Source: a virus. From it: DNA of 64,000 nt. Position 1 is the first letter of the stretch; every line of letters begins with the position of its first letter. Made by a program: the position numbers and the translations under genes. The notes under the pieces are model-generated. The model ran no database searches. It saw only the letters and a list, made by a program, of their open reading frames with translations, and was not told the origin of the DNA. The stretch lies in IMG/VR virus record IMGVR_UViG_3300043470_000815; one strand, given 5' to 3'. Below are positions 28,155 to 37,421 of this stretch, in pieces.

Positions 28155-30275
28155 CTATAATTGCGTCAACAACGCTCTGACTTGAATATTATCTGCCAAA
28201 CTAACAGGTGTATATCTAATAAATGTTGTATCATTTGCTTTATCAGTTGTATTATATGCTATCCAATTTGCACCACTATCAATGCTTTTTTCCCATGTTC
28301 CTGCTTGTGTGTCTGAATTATCATCATCCAATAAACCATTCGTTATTGCGTTGTATAATCGTACTTGGAGGGGTGGCACACTTGATCCAAACGCTGTACT
28401 AAATTTCCACGCAAACCGTTTAGAAGTCGTGCTGGATAGGTCGGCACATGGTTCATAATGTGAATCTGTTGATAAATCATCGTAAACAACACATAAACCT
28501 AAAATTTTGGCTGGAATATGCGTAATACCCGTTATCATTATAAATTCAATTTTAAACTGAATTGACGTTGTACCTGTGATATTTAAATCACCCGAATCAT
28601 TGACCAATGTCCACCCACCCGAATTATCCGTTATTCCAGTTGTTCTATAATATAAAACAAATTGTTCGGTTGCTACTTCACTAAATCCACTACCTTCATT
28701 TTTAACATTGTTAACGTAAACCCTGACAAATTTATTATTGTTTGGTGTTAATATTTCGGGACTAATTAAAACTTGACCCGATGTACTAGCAAAATTTGTA
28801 TCAGCCGCCAAAGGAACTGCATACATTTGATTTAAAATAGCAGTTGTACCTGTTCTAACAATATGCGTTATTCCATTTTCAGACCAAACCGCGAATGCAG
28901 TTGCTATATTATTAACTGGTAATCGAACTGTATTATCGGAAGTTGCTTGATTATTTAAGTTTATATTACTTCCAATATTAAAATCAAACGCATCGCCTGA
29001 TGTGACTGGATAACGTGTAATATATTGCTTTATTGCCGTTGTATTTGTTATAATAAACCGATCAATTGTTCCAATGTATTCAATACTACTCATTACACTT
29101 GTAGCGGCGTTTGTATTTGCCGATCCGGGTGGAATTTCAATACGAACATCACTTTGCCAGTTGGTATTTCCCGTTGTAACGCCACTAATTGCGGCTCGAT
29201 AAATACGGGTGGTTGTTACAAAATATAATGATTTGATTCCCGATCCAACCCCATGATTTGTAGTCGCAATTCGCCCATTATTTGTTTGTGATATTGTACC
29301 CGTAACCGTTTGTGTACCCGTTAATGTAATATTTGCACCAGTTAGAACCATTTGTCCTGTTGTTATTGTATCAGCGGATCGTAAATTCATCCTAACAATA
29401 CGAACGTTGGTAGTTCCTTCAATCAAATAAATATCGTGTGATGTTTTTGATACTTCTTCATCCAATCCTAAACCGCAACTTGCAATTAATGTAGTTGTTG
29501 ACGCATCACTTAATTTATATATAAGTTTTAAATTATCTGTACCAGCCGCACTAGCAGCAATTGTCGTTCCACCCAATGTAAAATCGTTGTAATCTATACC
29601 TTTACCAATAAAAACTCCACCGTTAGCGGCTGTTGCATTCGTTGTAACTAATAATGGACGTAATTCATCAATAACATAAGCCGTTCCAGTTGAAATTGTA
29701 CCAGCCGATGTATTAATTGTTATGCCTGTATCAGAACCAATTGCGGTAATTTCATACCAAGTTGTTATTTGTGTTGGATCGGTTGAACCAAAACCAATTC
29801 GTGAACCTACCCCAATTCTTTCTGCTGAAAATTGTGTACTTGTGCCTGTTACTGCTGTACCTGATACGCCAACCGTTCCAGTTGTATGTAAATATCTTAA
29901 CATACGAAATGCACGGGTGGTATGTGCCGTAGCAGTTGGTAAAGTAATAGTAATAAAACCTTTCCAGTTATATTCAGATGTAATTTTATTATATTCGTAT
30001 AAAAATATACGGCGGGTTGCCACTGCTACTGCTGTGTTTTCAGTCAAAAATACCCAATCAATTGTATCACTAAATGTCTGAACATGTGGATAAAACATTG
30101 CAATTGGGGTAGATTCTTCCATCGGTCGAGCCATTGCGACGGATAACGGCCCGATAAAATTATCAAAACTATTACTTCCAGTTCGCTGTTGAATCAACGA
30201 CCCACCATACCATTTACTTGATGTATAACTACCAGTTAGTGGTGTATTGCATAATTGTTCAACTGCTATTTTCAT
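28155..30275 (-). CDS. putative tail fibre / virion appendage protein
   Basis: 706 aa, Thr/Gly/Ser-rich beta composition, in the fibre cluster. Confidence 0.55.
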   Translation of the reverse strand: MKIAVEQLCNTPLTGSYTSSKWYGGSLIQQRTGSNSFDNFIGPLSVAMARPMEESTPIAMFYPHVQTFSDTIDWVFLTENTAVAVATRRIFLYEYNKITSEYNWKGFITITLPTATAHTTRAFRMLRYLHTTGTVGVSGTAVTGTSTQFSAERIGVGSRIGFGSTDPTQITTWYEITAIGSDTGITINTSAGTISTGTAYVIDELRPLLVTTNATAANGGVFIGKGIDYNDFTLGGTTIAASAAGTDNLKLIYKLSDASTTTLIASCGLGLDEEVSKTSHDIYLIEGTTNVRIVRMNLRSADTITTGQMVLTGANITLTGTQTVTGTISQTNNGRIATTNHGVGSGIKSLYFVTTTRIYRAAISGVTTGNTNWQSDVRIEIPPGSANTNAATSVMSSIEYIGTIDRFIITNTTAIKQYITRYPVTSGDAFDFNIGSNINLNNQATSDNTVRLPVNNIATAFAVWSENGITHIVRTGTTAILNQMYAVPLAADTNFASTSGQVLISPEILTPNNNKFVRVYVNNVKNEGSGFSEVATEQFVLYYRTTGITDNSGGWTLVNDSGDLNITGTTSIQFKIEFIMITGITHIPAKILGLCVVYDDLSTDSHYEPCADLSSTTSKRFAWKFSTAFGSSVPPLQVRLYNAITNGLLDDDNSDTQAGTWEKSIDSGANWIAYNTTDKANDTTFIRYTPVSLADNIQVRALLTQL

Positions 30276-30778
30276 GTTTTTTGTATATAATTTACCGTTA
30301 AAATTGTGTTGGTTATTGTATCGTTATTTATTACATAAAAATCTATTTTATCATCAAATAAAATATCTTTATTCCACCCAACCAATGTATTATTAAATGT
30401 AGTATTTGAATTACTTAATGATGCACTACCTAAAAAATTATTATTTTTAAATAATGTAAAAACAATACTTCCACTTAATTCATTTCCAATATTATCTATT
30501 GAATCTATACGATAACTAACAATATTACCATTAGACTCTATCCGTTTAGAATTATAATAACCAGTTTCAATAACAGTTGTGTTACCAAAAATACCACAGC
30601 CAAAACTTTTTAATTGTTCGGTGTAACTTGCTGTTAATGCAGATTGAACATTTGTAATTCCACTACCATCTCCTACAAAAGAACCACTAAAAATTGAACC
30701 CGATGTTATTCCATCAATTTTCAATGCTGATAATTCAGCATTGCTCCCACTTAATATTATTTTATTCCAAGTTGGCAT
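30272..30778 (-). CDS. tail-fibre-like protein, paralogous N-terminus with 31094-31774
   Basis: MPTWNKIILSGSNAEL..L...G.TSGSIFSGSFVGDGSGIT. Confidence 0.6.
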   Translation of the reverse strand: MPTWNKIILSGSNAELSALKIDGITSGSIFSGSFVGDGSGITNVQSALTASYTEQLKSFGCGIFGNTTVIETGYYNSKRIESNGNIVSYRIDSIDNIGNELSGSIVFTLFKNNNFLGSASLSNSNTTFNNTLVGWNKDILFDDKIDFYVINNDTITNTILTVNYIQKT

Positions 30779-30893
30779 TTATTTTTTCGATTATTTTTGC
30801 AACTAATAATATATGTTTACCGTCAAATTTACACGCATAAATACATTGAAGTATTATTTGTAATTCTTCATCGGTTAATTCAACCTTTTTCAT
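30762..30893 (-). CDS. 43-aa helical protein (not in ORF track)
   Basis: MKKVELTDEELQIILQCI...; resembles the next ORF. Confidence 0.5.
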   Translation of the reverse strand: MKKVELTDEELQIILQCIYACKFDGKHILLVAKIIEKINANLE

Positions 30894-31032
30894 GTAATTT
30901 TTGAAGTTTAATTATTAAATTGTATAAAAGTTCTATATCTTTAACGGGAAATGATGTTTGTCCAATTAATGTTAAAATTAATTGAATTTCATCTTTTGAT
31001 AATTTTTCCTGATTAATTGTATTTATTGCCAT
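30880..31032 (-). CDS. 50-aa helical protein (not in ORF track)
   Basis: MAINTINQEKLSKDEIQLILTLI... Confidence 0.55.
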   Translation of the reverse strand: MAINTINQEKLSKDEIQLILTLIGQTSFPVKDIELLYNLIIKLQKLHEKG

Positions 31033-31093
31033 AAATTCATAATACTTTTTAAGTACGTTCGTTTTTCTGAAATAAATTAAAAAATGTTATGTG

Positions 31094-31774
31094 TTACGAG
31101 TATATAAAAACATCACCCGATTCGATTTTGATATTTCCATTCCGCCTGTAATTAATTAAATCGGTTAAACCTCCATCCACGTCGATCACATAAGATAAAT
31201 ATGCTTCGGGTGCTAAAGTTACAGCATTTGACGCTAATTTTGTAACCTGTTGAACACCCCACCTATCCGCACTATTATCCCAACCCAACGCAACACCTTG
31301 ACCAACACTTCCACTAGATGCAATTATACCAGCATCACCAGTCGTTGAACCACTATTTAATAAAATAAATTTATCTTCAATATTAACGTTCGTAACTTGT
31401 AATTCAACAACCGAACCCAACACTGTTAAATCACCACTTACTGTTAAATTTGTAAATGTAGGGCTATCTGTTGTCCGTAAACCTTGTGGGGTTGTTAATG
31501 TAATTGTCTTTTCAGTCGTTCCACTAACACCAAACGAAAAGCCGTGTTGTGATGCAGTTGTAAATAATTGGGTATTTGTCGCTGGGTTGAATGTAATTGT
31601 AGAATTATCGTTACCCTTTATTTGGTAGGATGGAGCGGCTGTTATACCAGTTATTCCACTGCCATCACCCACAAACGAACCACTAAAAATTGAACCCGAT
31701 GTTACTCCAGTAATTTTTAATGAACCCAATTCGGCGTTACTACCCGATACTACTATTTTTTTCCACGTTGGCAT
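31094..31774 (-). CDS. tail-fibre-like protein
   Basis: MPTWKKIVVSGSNAEL; SPTFTNLTVSGDLTVLG..VELQVTNVNIEDKFILLN beta-spiral pattern. Confidence 0.65.
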   Translation of the reverse strand: MPTWKKIVVSGSNAELGSLKITGVTSGSIFSGSFVGDGSGITGITAAPSYQIKGNDNSTITFNPATNTQLFTTASQHGFSFGVSGTTEKTITLTTPQGLRTTDSPTFTNLTVSGDLTVLGSVVELQVTNVNIEDKFILLNSGSTTGDAGIIASSGSVGQGVALGWDNSADRWGVQQVTKLASNAVTLAPEAYLSYVIDVDGGLTDLINYRRNGNIKIESGDVFIYS

Positions 31775-31775
31775 T

Positions 31776-32309
31776 CTAAAGTCCTATATAAAATTCACTT
31801 CCACTTACAATTAATCCACCCAAATTCGGGGTTGGTAAATTTTCAAAATTACTGATTAAAAAAATACCATTTGAATTAAATGAAGCAGACACCGATCCCG
31901 ATGTAATTAAAAAAGTTTGTTGATTATTTGTTAATCTTTGTATAACTAAATTTTCAAAGCCAAATCCACCACTATTAATAAGCGTATTTTGGACTTTTAT
32001 TTCAGTGTTGGCATATATACCCCTCCACCCAAAATTAATCGAACCTAAGTCAAATGTGTTGGAAATATTGGGAATAAATGATGATGATATTTGACCAAAA
32101 AAAGAAATAGAAGCCGAAACACCGTAATGATTTGACGAAATTAAATAAAATGGTTCACTGTCACCTTTATCACCCTTAACGCCCGGTACACCTTGTTCAT
32201 ATAATTTTATAACATTTTGATTATCGAATATCGAAATTACTTTATCATAAGATGTGTCTCGTGATAAAATACGTTCATCTTCATCGTATGTTATAATTTT
32301 ACGTGTCAT
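31776..32309 (-). CDS. tail-associated protein with short collagen-like GXY run
   Basis: GVPGVKGDKGDS; FIPN....FDLGS. Confidence 0.55.
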   Translation of the reverse strand: MTRKIITYDEDERILSRDTSYDKVISIFDNQNVIKLYEQGVPGVKGDKGDSEPFYLISSNHYGVSASISFFGQISSSFIPNISNTFDLGSINFGWRGIYANTEIKVQNTLINSGGFGFENLVIQRLTNNQQTFLITSGSVSASFNSNGIFLISNFENLPTPNLGGLIVSGSEFYIGL

Positions 32310-32698
32310 CGGGTTATGCTTGATATAAATTTCGCTTTACCTTCATATACAAGTTCGGAATAATAAGATAAACCCGAACCCGACATTATAAATAAATCAA
32401 AATACGCTTCTTGGTCGGGTGGTAACATTGAACTGGAATAAGCACTAATTTGAATACCAATACTACCTGATGTTAATGGTAATTGTACCGAACCTGAAAA
32501 TGGTGTTAAATTTAATCCACTACCATCAACTCCAATAGATGATGATAATGTTAAATCTATAACTGTCGAATTAGGATTTGGTCTAAATTGCATTCGGGCA
32601 TGATAATCAGTTAAATTGCGGGGTTGGTTATCCACAAAATATTCAATACGACGTTTAAAAGTCGCACCTTTCCTGATTATCAATATATCTTTAGACAT
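32306..32698 (-). CDS. BppU-N-like virion protein
   Basis: I.KGATF......NLT.Y.ARMQFR...YFDL...G. Confidence 0.55.
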   Translation of the reverse strand: MSKDILIIRKGATFKRRIEYFVDNQPRNLTDYHARMQFRPNPNSTVIDLTLSSSIGVDGSGLNLTPFSGSVQLPLTSGSIGIQISAYSSSMLPPDQEAYFDLFIMSGSGLSYYSELVYEGKAKFISSITR

Positions 32699-33008
32699 TT
32701 TCCCCTTCTATTAAATCATAAACTTGACTGTAAATGTTTTTATTACTATTTAAGTCAAAGTCAAATTTTAAATTAAACCAATGAATTGGTGTAACACGGT
32801 AATCACGTGCCATTTTATCAGTCCAAACGTAGATAACAGCCTCGGATTCTATTCGCGTAATCCATTCAGTTTCACTTTCAACGTTTTCCTTATCGGAAGG
32901 TTTTAAAAATTCAAAATCTTGGTTGGATGTAATAATTTTTTGAACGCGTAAATAAGCGTTTTCCAATATATCCCCGTTTGGGAGCGTGTAAGTTAATTGT
33001 TTAGCCAT
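32691..33008 (-). CDS. hypothetical protein, possible fibre chaperone
   Basis: G..LENAYLRV; in the fibre cluster. Confidence 0.55.
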   Translation of the reverse strand: MAKQLTYTLPNGDILENAYLRVQKIITSNQDFEFLKPSDKENVESETEWITRIESEAVIYVWTDKMARDYRVTPIHWFNLKFDFDLNSNKNIYSQVYDLIEGENV

Positions 33009-34062
33009 AAGTTCTGATTTCTACGAAAAGAGGTGTATCTGTATTTAAATCGGCAGTGTTCAATGAATTTGCCATATCATAACTTCTCAATCTTAAATTG
33101 AAACCATCTAATACTGAAAACTGATAATAATTTGCATCGCCAGTTGAAATATGATTATTAGATATTACAAATGTTTTAGTCGAACTAAAAATATCTTGAT
33201 CTACCGTAATTATATAATGTCCCTCACTATTTCTGAAAATATTAATATCAAGAGTAGTATAATCATTTTGTAAAATATTTTCAATGACTGGATCATTAGA
33301 AACAGTTTGCGTCATTGAAAACGATATAACTTTATAATTCCGACCATTCATAGCATAACTAGATGTTAAATGATCTCTAATAGTTCCAACATCGGGTATT
33401 GAACGGTCGTTTAATTTTAATGTTTCTTGATAATCGGAAGCATATTGAATACCTTTACCATCTGCACTATCAGACACTACCAACCCGATAACACCTGTAT
33501 TACTTCCTACTGGATCAAATACTATATAATGGTTATTTGTACCAATTTGTAAAAAAGGATCGGGTGTAAATATTATATTCGTCCCATTATTTTGTCCTAT
33601 AAATATTTCAGTATTCGGATTCACCACAAATTTAAAATCCTCGACATTATTAATATTTTCAATTCTAAATGGACATGCTCCTAGATTATCAACCCTAGTT
33701 AATCCATTCAACGTACCCGACCCCGAATAAATTCCAGTCCGCCCAATTTGAGCAGAAGATGAAAATAACCCGCTAGGCATTGGATTTACCTTACCCCAAC
33801 TACCACTGTAAAAATACAATGTTCTGTCAGGTGTAACGACAAATCTTGGTTTAAACTTAGTCGGAGTTGTTACTGGAACACCATTTGTACTTGCAATTTC
33901 GATACCTTGACCGATATTATCCCATACTAATGTATCCCTATTCCACGCATATTGAACGCCATTTACATCAATCGCAAATTCGGCATCAGTTCCCACACTT
34001 GGAATTGTATTTGGTTGTCCAGTGGTGTATATTATTCCACTACCTTTTATTATATTAGACAT
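33001..34062 (-). CDS. putative tail fibre/virion protein
   Basis: 353 aa, SGS/SSS motifs, IFRNSEGHY..T C-terminal beta pattern. Confidence 0.5.
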   Translation of the reverse strand: MSNIIKGSGIIYTTGQPNTIPSVGTDAEFAIDVNGVQYAWNRDTLVWDNIGQGIEIASTNGVPVTTPTKFKPRFVVTPDRTLYFYSGSWGKVNPMPSGLFSSSAQIGRTGIYSGSGTLNGLTRVDNLGACPFRIENINNVEDFKFVVNPNTEIFIGQNNGTNIIFTPDPFLQIGTNNHYIVFDPVGSNTGVIGLVVSDSADGKGIQYASDYQETLKLNDRSIPDVGTIRDHLTSSYAMNGRNYKVISFSMTQTVSNDPVIENILQNDYTTLDINIFRNSEGHYIITVDQDIFSSTKTFVISNNHISTGDANYYQFSVLDGFNLRLRSYDMANSLNTADLNTDTPLFVEIRTYG

Positions 34063-34276
34063 TTACTGCCCCTTTTTTGTTTGGTTTTTTAACAGTTTCG
34101 GCGGTTTCAGTTGTGTCTTGGGTAAAATTTTCAATATTGATAGAATCTTCTACAATTGATAAAATTATTTCTTGGGTGGTAGGTTCTTCTACAATTGTTA
34201 AATCGGGAGTGGTAGGTTTTTCTACTTTATAAACTTTTAATTGTTGCCATGAAGCAAGTTTGGATTGTTGGGACAT
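34055..34276 (-). CDS. hypothetical acidic/basic small protein
   Basis: 73 aa, SD-like AAGGA upstream. Confidence 0.55.
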   Translation of the reverse strand: MSQQSKLASWQQLKVYKVEKPTTPDLTIVEEPTTQEIILSIVEDSINIENFTQDTTETAETVKKPNKKGAVNV

Positions 34277-34286
34277 ATTGTTTCCT

Positions 34287-34928
34287 TTATTTTAATAAAT
34301 TTAAAACGTGACTAACTGCCTCGTTTCTATGATTTTCTATTAATTCTGTAATATTTACAAATGGTGAATTTTTTAATAATTCAATATCGTAAATTGCCGA
34401 ATCATTTTTATTTTTAAGATCAATTTGCTGGAAATCACCACAAAAAATCATAATTGAACCTTTTCCCAACCTCCCAACCGCCATCCTAAGTTGACTTTTA
34501 GTTAAATTTTGAAATTCGTCGATTAATACAACCGCGTTTTCAAAAGTTTGGCCACGAAAGTGCTGGAGTGAAATCATTTCGATTTTCTTTTCAACTTCCA
34601 AAGACTTTAGTTTTTCGGGTTTGTTGTACACTTTGCGAAAATTAGAACGGATTGGAACTAACCAAGGCTCAAGTTTTTCTTCCAATGTACCGGGCAAAAA
34701 TCCAATATCTTCTGTACCAACCGTTGGTCTTGTGATAACAATTCGTTCGACATTTCCTTTAAACAATTCTTGTAGTGCTATGTATGTTGAAAGTAGAGTT
34801 TTGCCACAACCCGCGTTCCCAATAACAAAATTGTATGGATGTTTTAAAATTGCGTCTTTAGCAATTAATTGTTCATCGTTTAATGATAAATTAAATTGAA
34901 CATTTCCCTGTTTCTCTTTTTTCATCAT
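34287..34928 (-). CDS. phoH: PhoH-family ATPase
   Basis: G.AGCGKT, ITRP, IGFLPGTLEEKL.PW, RGQTF, IDEFQN, RLG.GS...CGD..Q.DL. Confidence 0.95.
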   Translation of the reverse strand: MMKKEKQGNVQFNLSLNDEQLIAKDAILKHPYNFVIGNAGCGKTLLSTYIALQELFKGNVERIVITRPTVGTEDIGFLPGTLEEKLEPWLVPIRSNFRKVYNKPEKLKSLEVEKKIEMISLQHFRGQTFENAVVLIDEFQNLTKSQLRMAVGRLGKGSIMIFCGDFQQIDLKNKNDSAIYDIELLKNSPFVNITELIENHRNEAVSHVLNLLK

Positions 34929-35002
34929 GTGTTTATTATAAATAGTACAATAAATAAAAAAACACCCTCCTAACGGAAAGTGTTTAATTTTTTTAAAAAA
35001 AA

Positions 35003-35755
35003 TTATTTAAGCATTTTAGTTATATATTGCGGAATAGCAAACCGCCCATATTTGATTCCTTTTTGTATATCGAAATTACAATCTTCGTAATCTGCTAATG
35101 AACATATTTCATTATCATCTGAAAAAATAATTTTGTATTTATTATATTTCAAAATATCAAATGAATCAAAAGAATAATTTATTTTTGGTAATACAAATAA
35201 TTCATTATACAAATAACCAAGTCCAACCTCACGATCATCATTAAAAAATTTACCATTTTTATACGTTAGTAATGTACCAAAATAATCAAATATTATTGTA
35301 ACATCTTTTAGTTTTGGAAATCCACAAAGTGTATCAACACTGTCATGCAATACTTTTAAGAATAAAGTTGTACCATACACCAATATTTCATCTGCATCAT
35401 CGAAAACACTAACAGTATGATCACCATCGGGTTCGCATAAATCGACCGTGTAGGTAGGTGTTTGAATACTACAAATTGCAATACCAAACGATGAAAAATT
35501 AACAATATTTGATAGTATATCCAACCCATCACCGTATTGTTCTCTTAAACGTTCCTGTATAAAATCTAATGGGCAAAACTTTTTCAACCATAAATCCTGA
35601 ATAAATGATGTGTTCCATAATACGCCGCTGGATTGTTCGTATAGATTGATTGGAAATTTTATTTGGGTCAATTGTTGGTCGAGTGTTTTTAATAAAAACT
35701 GTTGTCCAAGTAACCACTGTTCAGGTGTTACATAAGTTTTATCTATTGCTGCCAT
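35003..35755 (-). CDS. hypothetical protein
   Basis: 250 aa, MAAIDKTY...NT....D.WL..CPL.F.Q.RL.EQY. Confidence 0.7.
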   Translation of the reverse strand: MAAIDKTYVTPEQWLLGQQFLLKTLDQQLTQIKFPINLYEQSSGVLWNTSFIQDLWLKKFCPLDFIQERLREQYGDGLDILSNIVNFSSFGIAICSIQTPTYTVDLCEPDGDHTVSVFDDADEILVYGTTLFLKVLHDSVDTLCGFPKLKDVTIIFDYFGTLLTYKNGKFFNDDREVGLGYLYNELFVLPKINYSFDSFDILKYNKYKIIFSDDNEICSLADYEDCNFDIQKGIKYGRFAIPQYITKMLK

Positions 35756-35890
35756 TTATTTTTAAATTAATTTAAAATGCGAATCGTATTCATAAAAGTG
35801 TTCATAATATGTAGTTTCGGGATATTCAAAACCATCATAATCTATTCCACTTGGACTTATATGTTTTTGAGTATGGCTGTATCGTTCTAC

Positions 35891-35940
35891 TACCAACCGA
35901 ATTATTCATTAAATTTATAAATATTTAAATTCGGTTGGTA
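35891..35940. repeat. 13-bp perfect inverted repeat enclosing TATAAATA
   Basis: TACCAACCGAATT (35891-35903) / AATTCGGTTGGTA (35928-35940). Confidence 0.9.
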
Positions 35941-36037
35941 CTTCAAGATTTCGGAAATCGTTATGAATCGCAAAATCTGTTTCAATAGGTTTACCATAGC
36001 GTTCAATTATATTCGCAATTTTATTTTCGTGTGTCAT
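35915..36037 (-). CDS. 40-aa ORF ending inside the inverted repeat
   Basis: MTHENKIANIIERYGKP...EVPTEFKYL. Confidence 0.4.
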   Translation of the reverse strand: MTHENKIANIIERYGKPIETDFAIHNDFRNLEVPTEFKYL

Positions 36038-36043
36038 TTATTT

Positions 36044-36592
36044 TTAAAACTTCTTAAAATAATAATATGGACAATCCATTAATAAACTTTGATTTAAACC
36101 AAAATGAATAAATTCAGAACAATCTTCATAACGTCCATTTTCCATTTCCAAACTACTAGGAAACATTTGAAGTGCTAATTGTTCATTTCGCTGATATTCG
36201 TCAAATGCTTCTTTAGATAAAAATGCAACATATCCGTCGCGTTTTTTACCCGACCATGAATCATATTCAATACAATCCGCAATGTATAATTGTGTTAATT
36301 TTGAATCTTTATTAGAACTTAAAAAATCCGTATCATTTAACCAAACAACCTCGGTTGGTTTATAAGTTTTACCAGCCATATCTACCCAAAATTTATTTGA
36401 AAAATTGAAATATAATGGTAAGTTTTGACCGTTCACAATACCTATTTTCCAACCAGCCTTGGTCGGTAAGATATTAGAATCAATAATCCATAATTTTTCT
36501 TGAATTGAAATTAAGGCAGTCATATAACCATTTACAGCATCGTCAGACCATCCTTCAAATGATTGTGAACGTAGTGTTTCTAAATAATTCAT
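36044..36592 (-). CDS. hypothetical protein
   Basis: 182-aa ORF in the early cluster. Confidence 0.65.
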   Translation of the reverse strand: MNYLETLRSQSFEGWSDDAVNGYMTALISIQEKLWIIDSNILPTKAGWKIGIVNGQNLPLYFNFSNKFWVDMAGKTYKPTEVVWLNDTDFLSSNKDSKLTQLYIADCIEYDSWSGKKRDGYVAFLSKEAFDEYQRNEQLALQMFPSSLEMENGRYEDCSEFIHFGLNQSLLMDCPYYYFKKF

Positions 36593-36692
36593 CAGTATTT
36601 TATTTTTTTATTAAAAATCTATTGTAAATTTTTCTAATTCGTTTAAACAAATAAATTCAGTATTTCGATATTTTTTAGCACAATAATTCATT

Positions 36693-36926
36693 TCAATTGT
36701 TTAAATTGTATTGTAAATGTAAATTAAGTTTTTTATGTTCGTAATCCAACAAATACCTATCCACCTTATTATCTGCATGAATTACATCTGCCCATAAAGA
36801 TTCGGTGGTTGGTCTGTATTCGTATTGATTTGCAAGTTTATATTGGATATAACCCTCGCTAACGTTTAAATCCGTAGTTTCAGATAGAAACAAGTTTGAA
36901 CCTTCAAAGAAATTTATTTTTTTCAT
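36693..36926 (-). CDS. hypothetical protein
   Basis: 77-aa ORF coupled to the upstream gene. Confidence 0.55.
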   Translation of the reverse strand: MKKINFFEGSNLFLSETTDLNVSEGYIQYKLANQYEYRPTTESLWADVIHADNKVDRYLLDYEHKKLNLHLQYNLNN

Positions 36927-37294
36927 TATAAGTCAGATATAATTTTTAAATGTTTTTCTTGTTGAATTTTAAATTCTTCGTCGGTTAAAAATCGTTTTAA
37001 TTCGTGACTAAAGGTTGGTTTGCCAAACCCACCAGTACAATATGTTTTGATAATGTCTAACGGATTATTAACCACTTTATTATAAAATTCAATATCGTCT
37101 TGGCGTAAATACGTGCTAAAATGATCGAATATAAATACAAATTTTTCTAAGAAATATGGTGAATCAAATTCAATCCAATCTTCATATTCAGTAATATCAT
37201 ACATCATCCGCTTAATGAACGATTCTTTCATGTCGTCGATCACATTAAAACATAAATTTATTGCAATAGTTTCTTTGTTTTTATCAGTTAACAT
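36926..37294 (-). CDS. hypothetical protein
   Basis: First ORF after the early promoter. Confidence 0.65.
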   Translation of the reverse strand: MLTDKNKETIAINLCFNVIDDMKESFIKRMMYDITEYEDWIEFDSPYFLEKFVFIFDHFSTYLRQDDIEFYNKVVNNPLDIIKTYCTGGFGKPTFSHELKRFLTDEEFKIQQEKHLKIISDL

Positions 37295-37370
37295 TTTTTA
37301 TCTTATTTTTAATTACACATGGTAAATGATTTCATTTCCTTAAAGAAATCAAATGTGAAATTTGATGTTA

Positions 37371-37421
37371 CAAAGGTAAGTAGTTTTTTGGTGGGGTGGT
37401 ATTCGTTAACAATTAATTAAC
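37371..37421 (-). promoter_or_regulatory. early promoter with GTTAA boxes
   Basis: GTTAA-N6-GTTAA then TACCTTTG 27 nt later. Confidence 0.7.
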
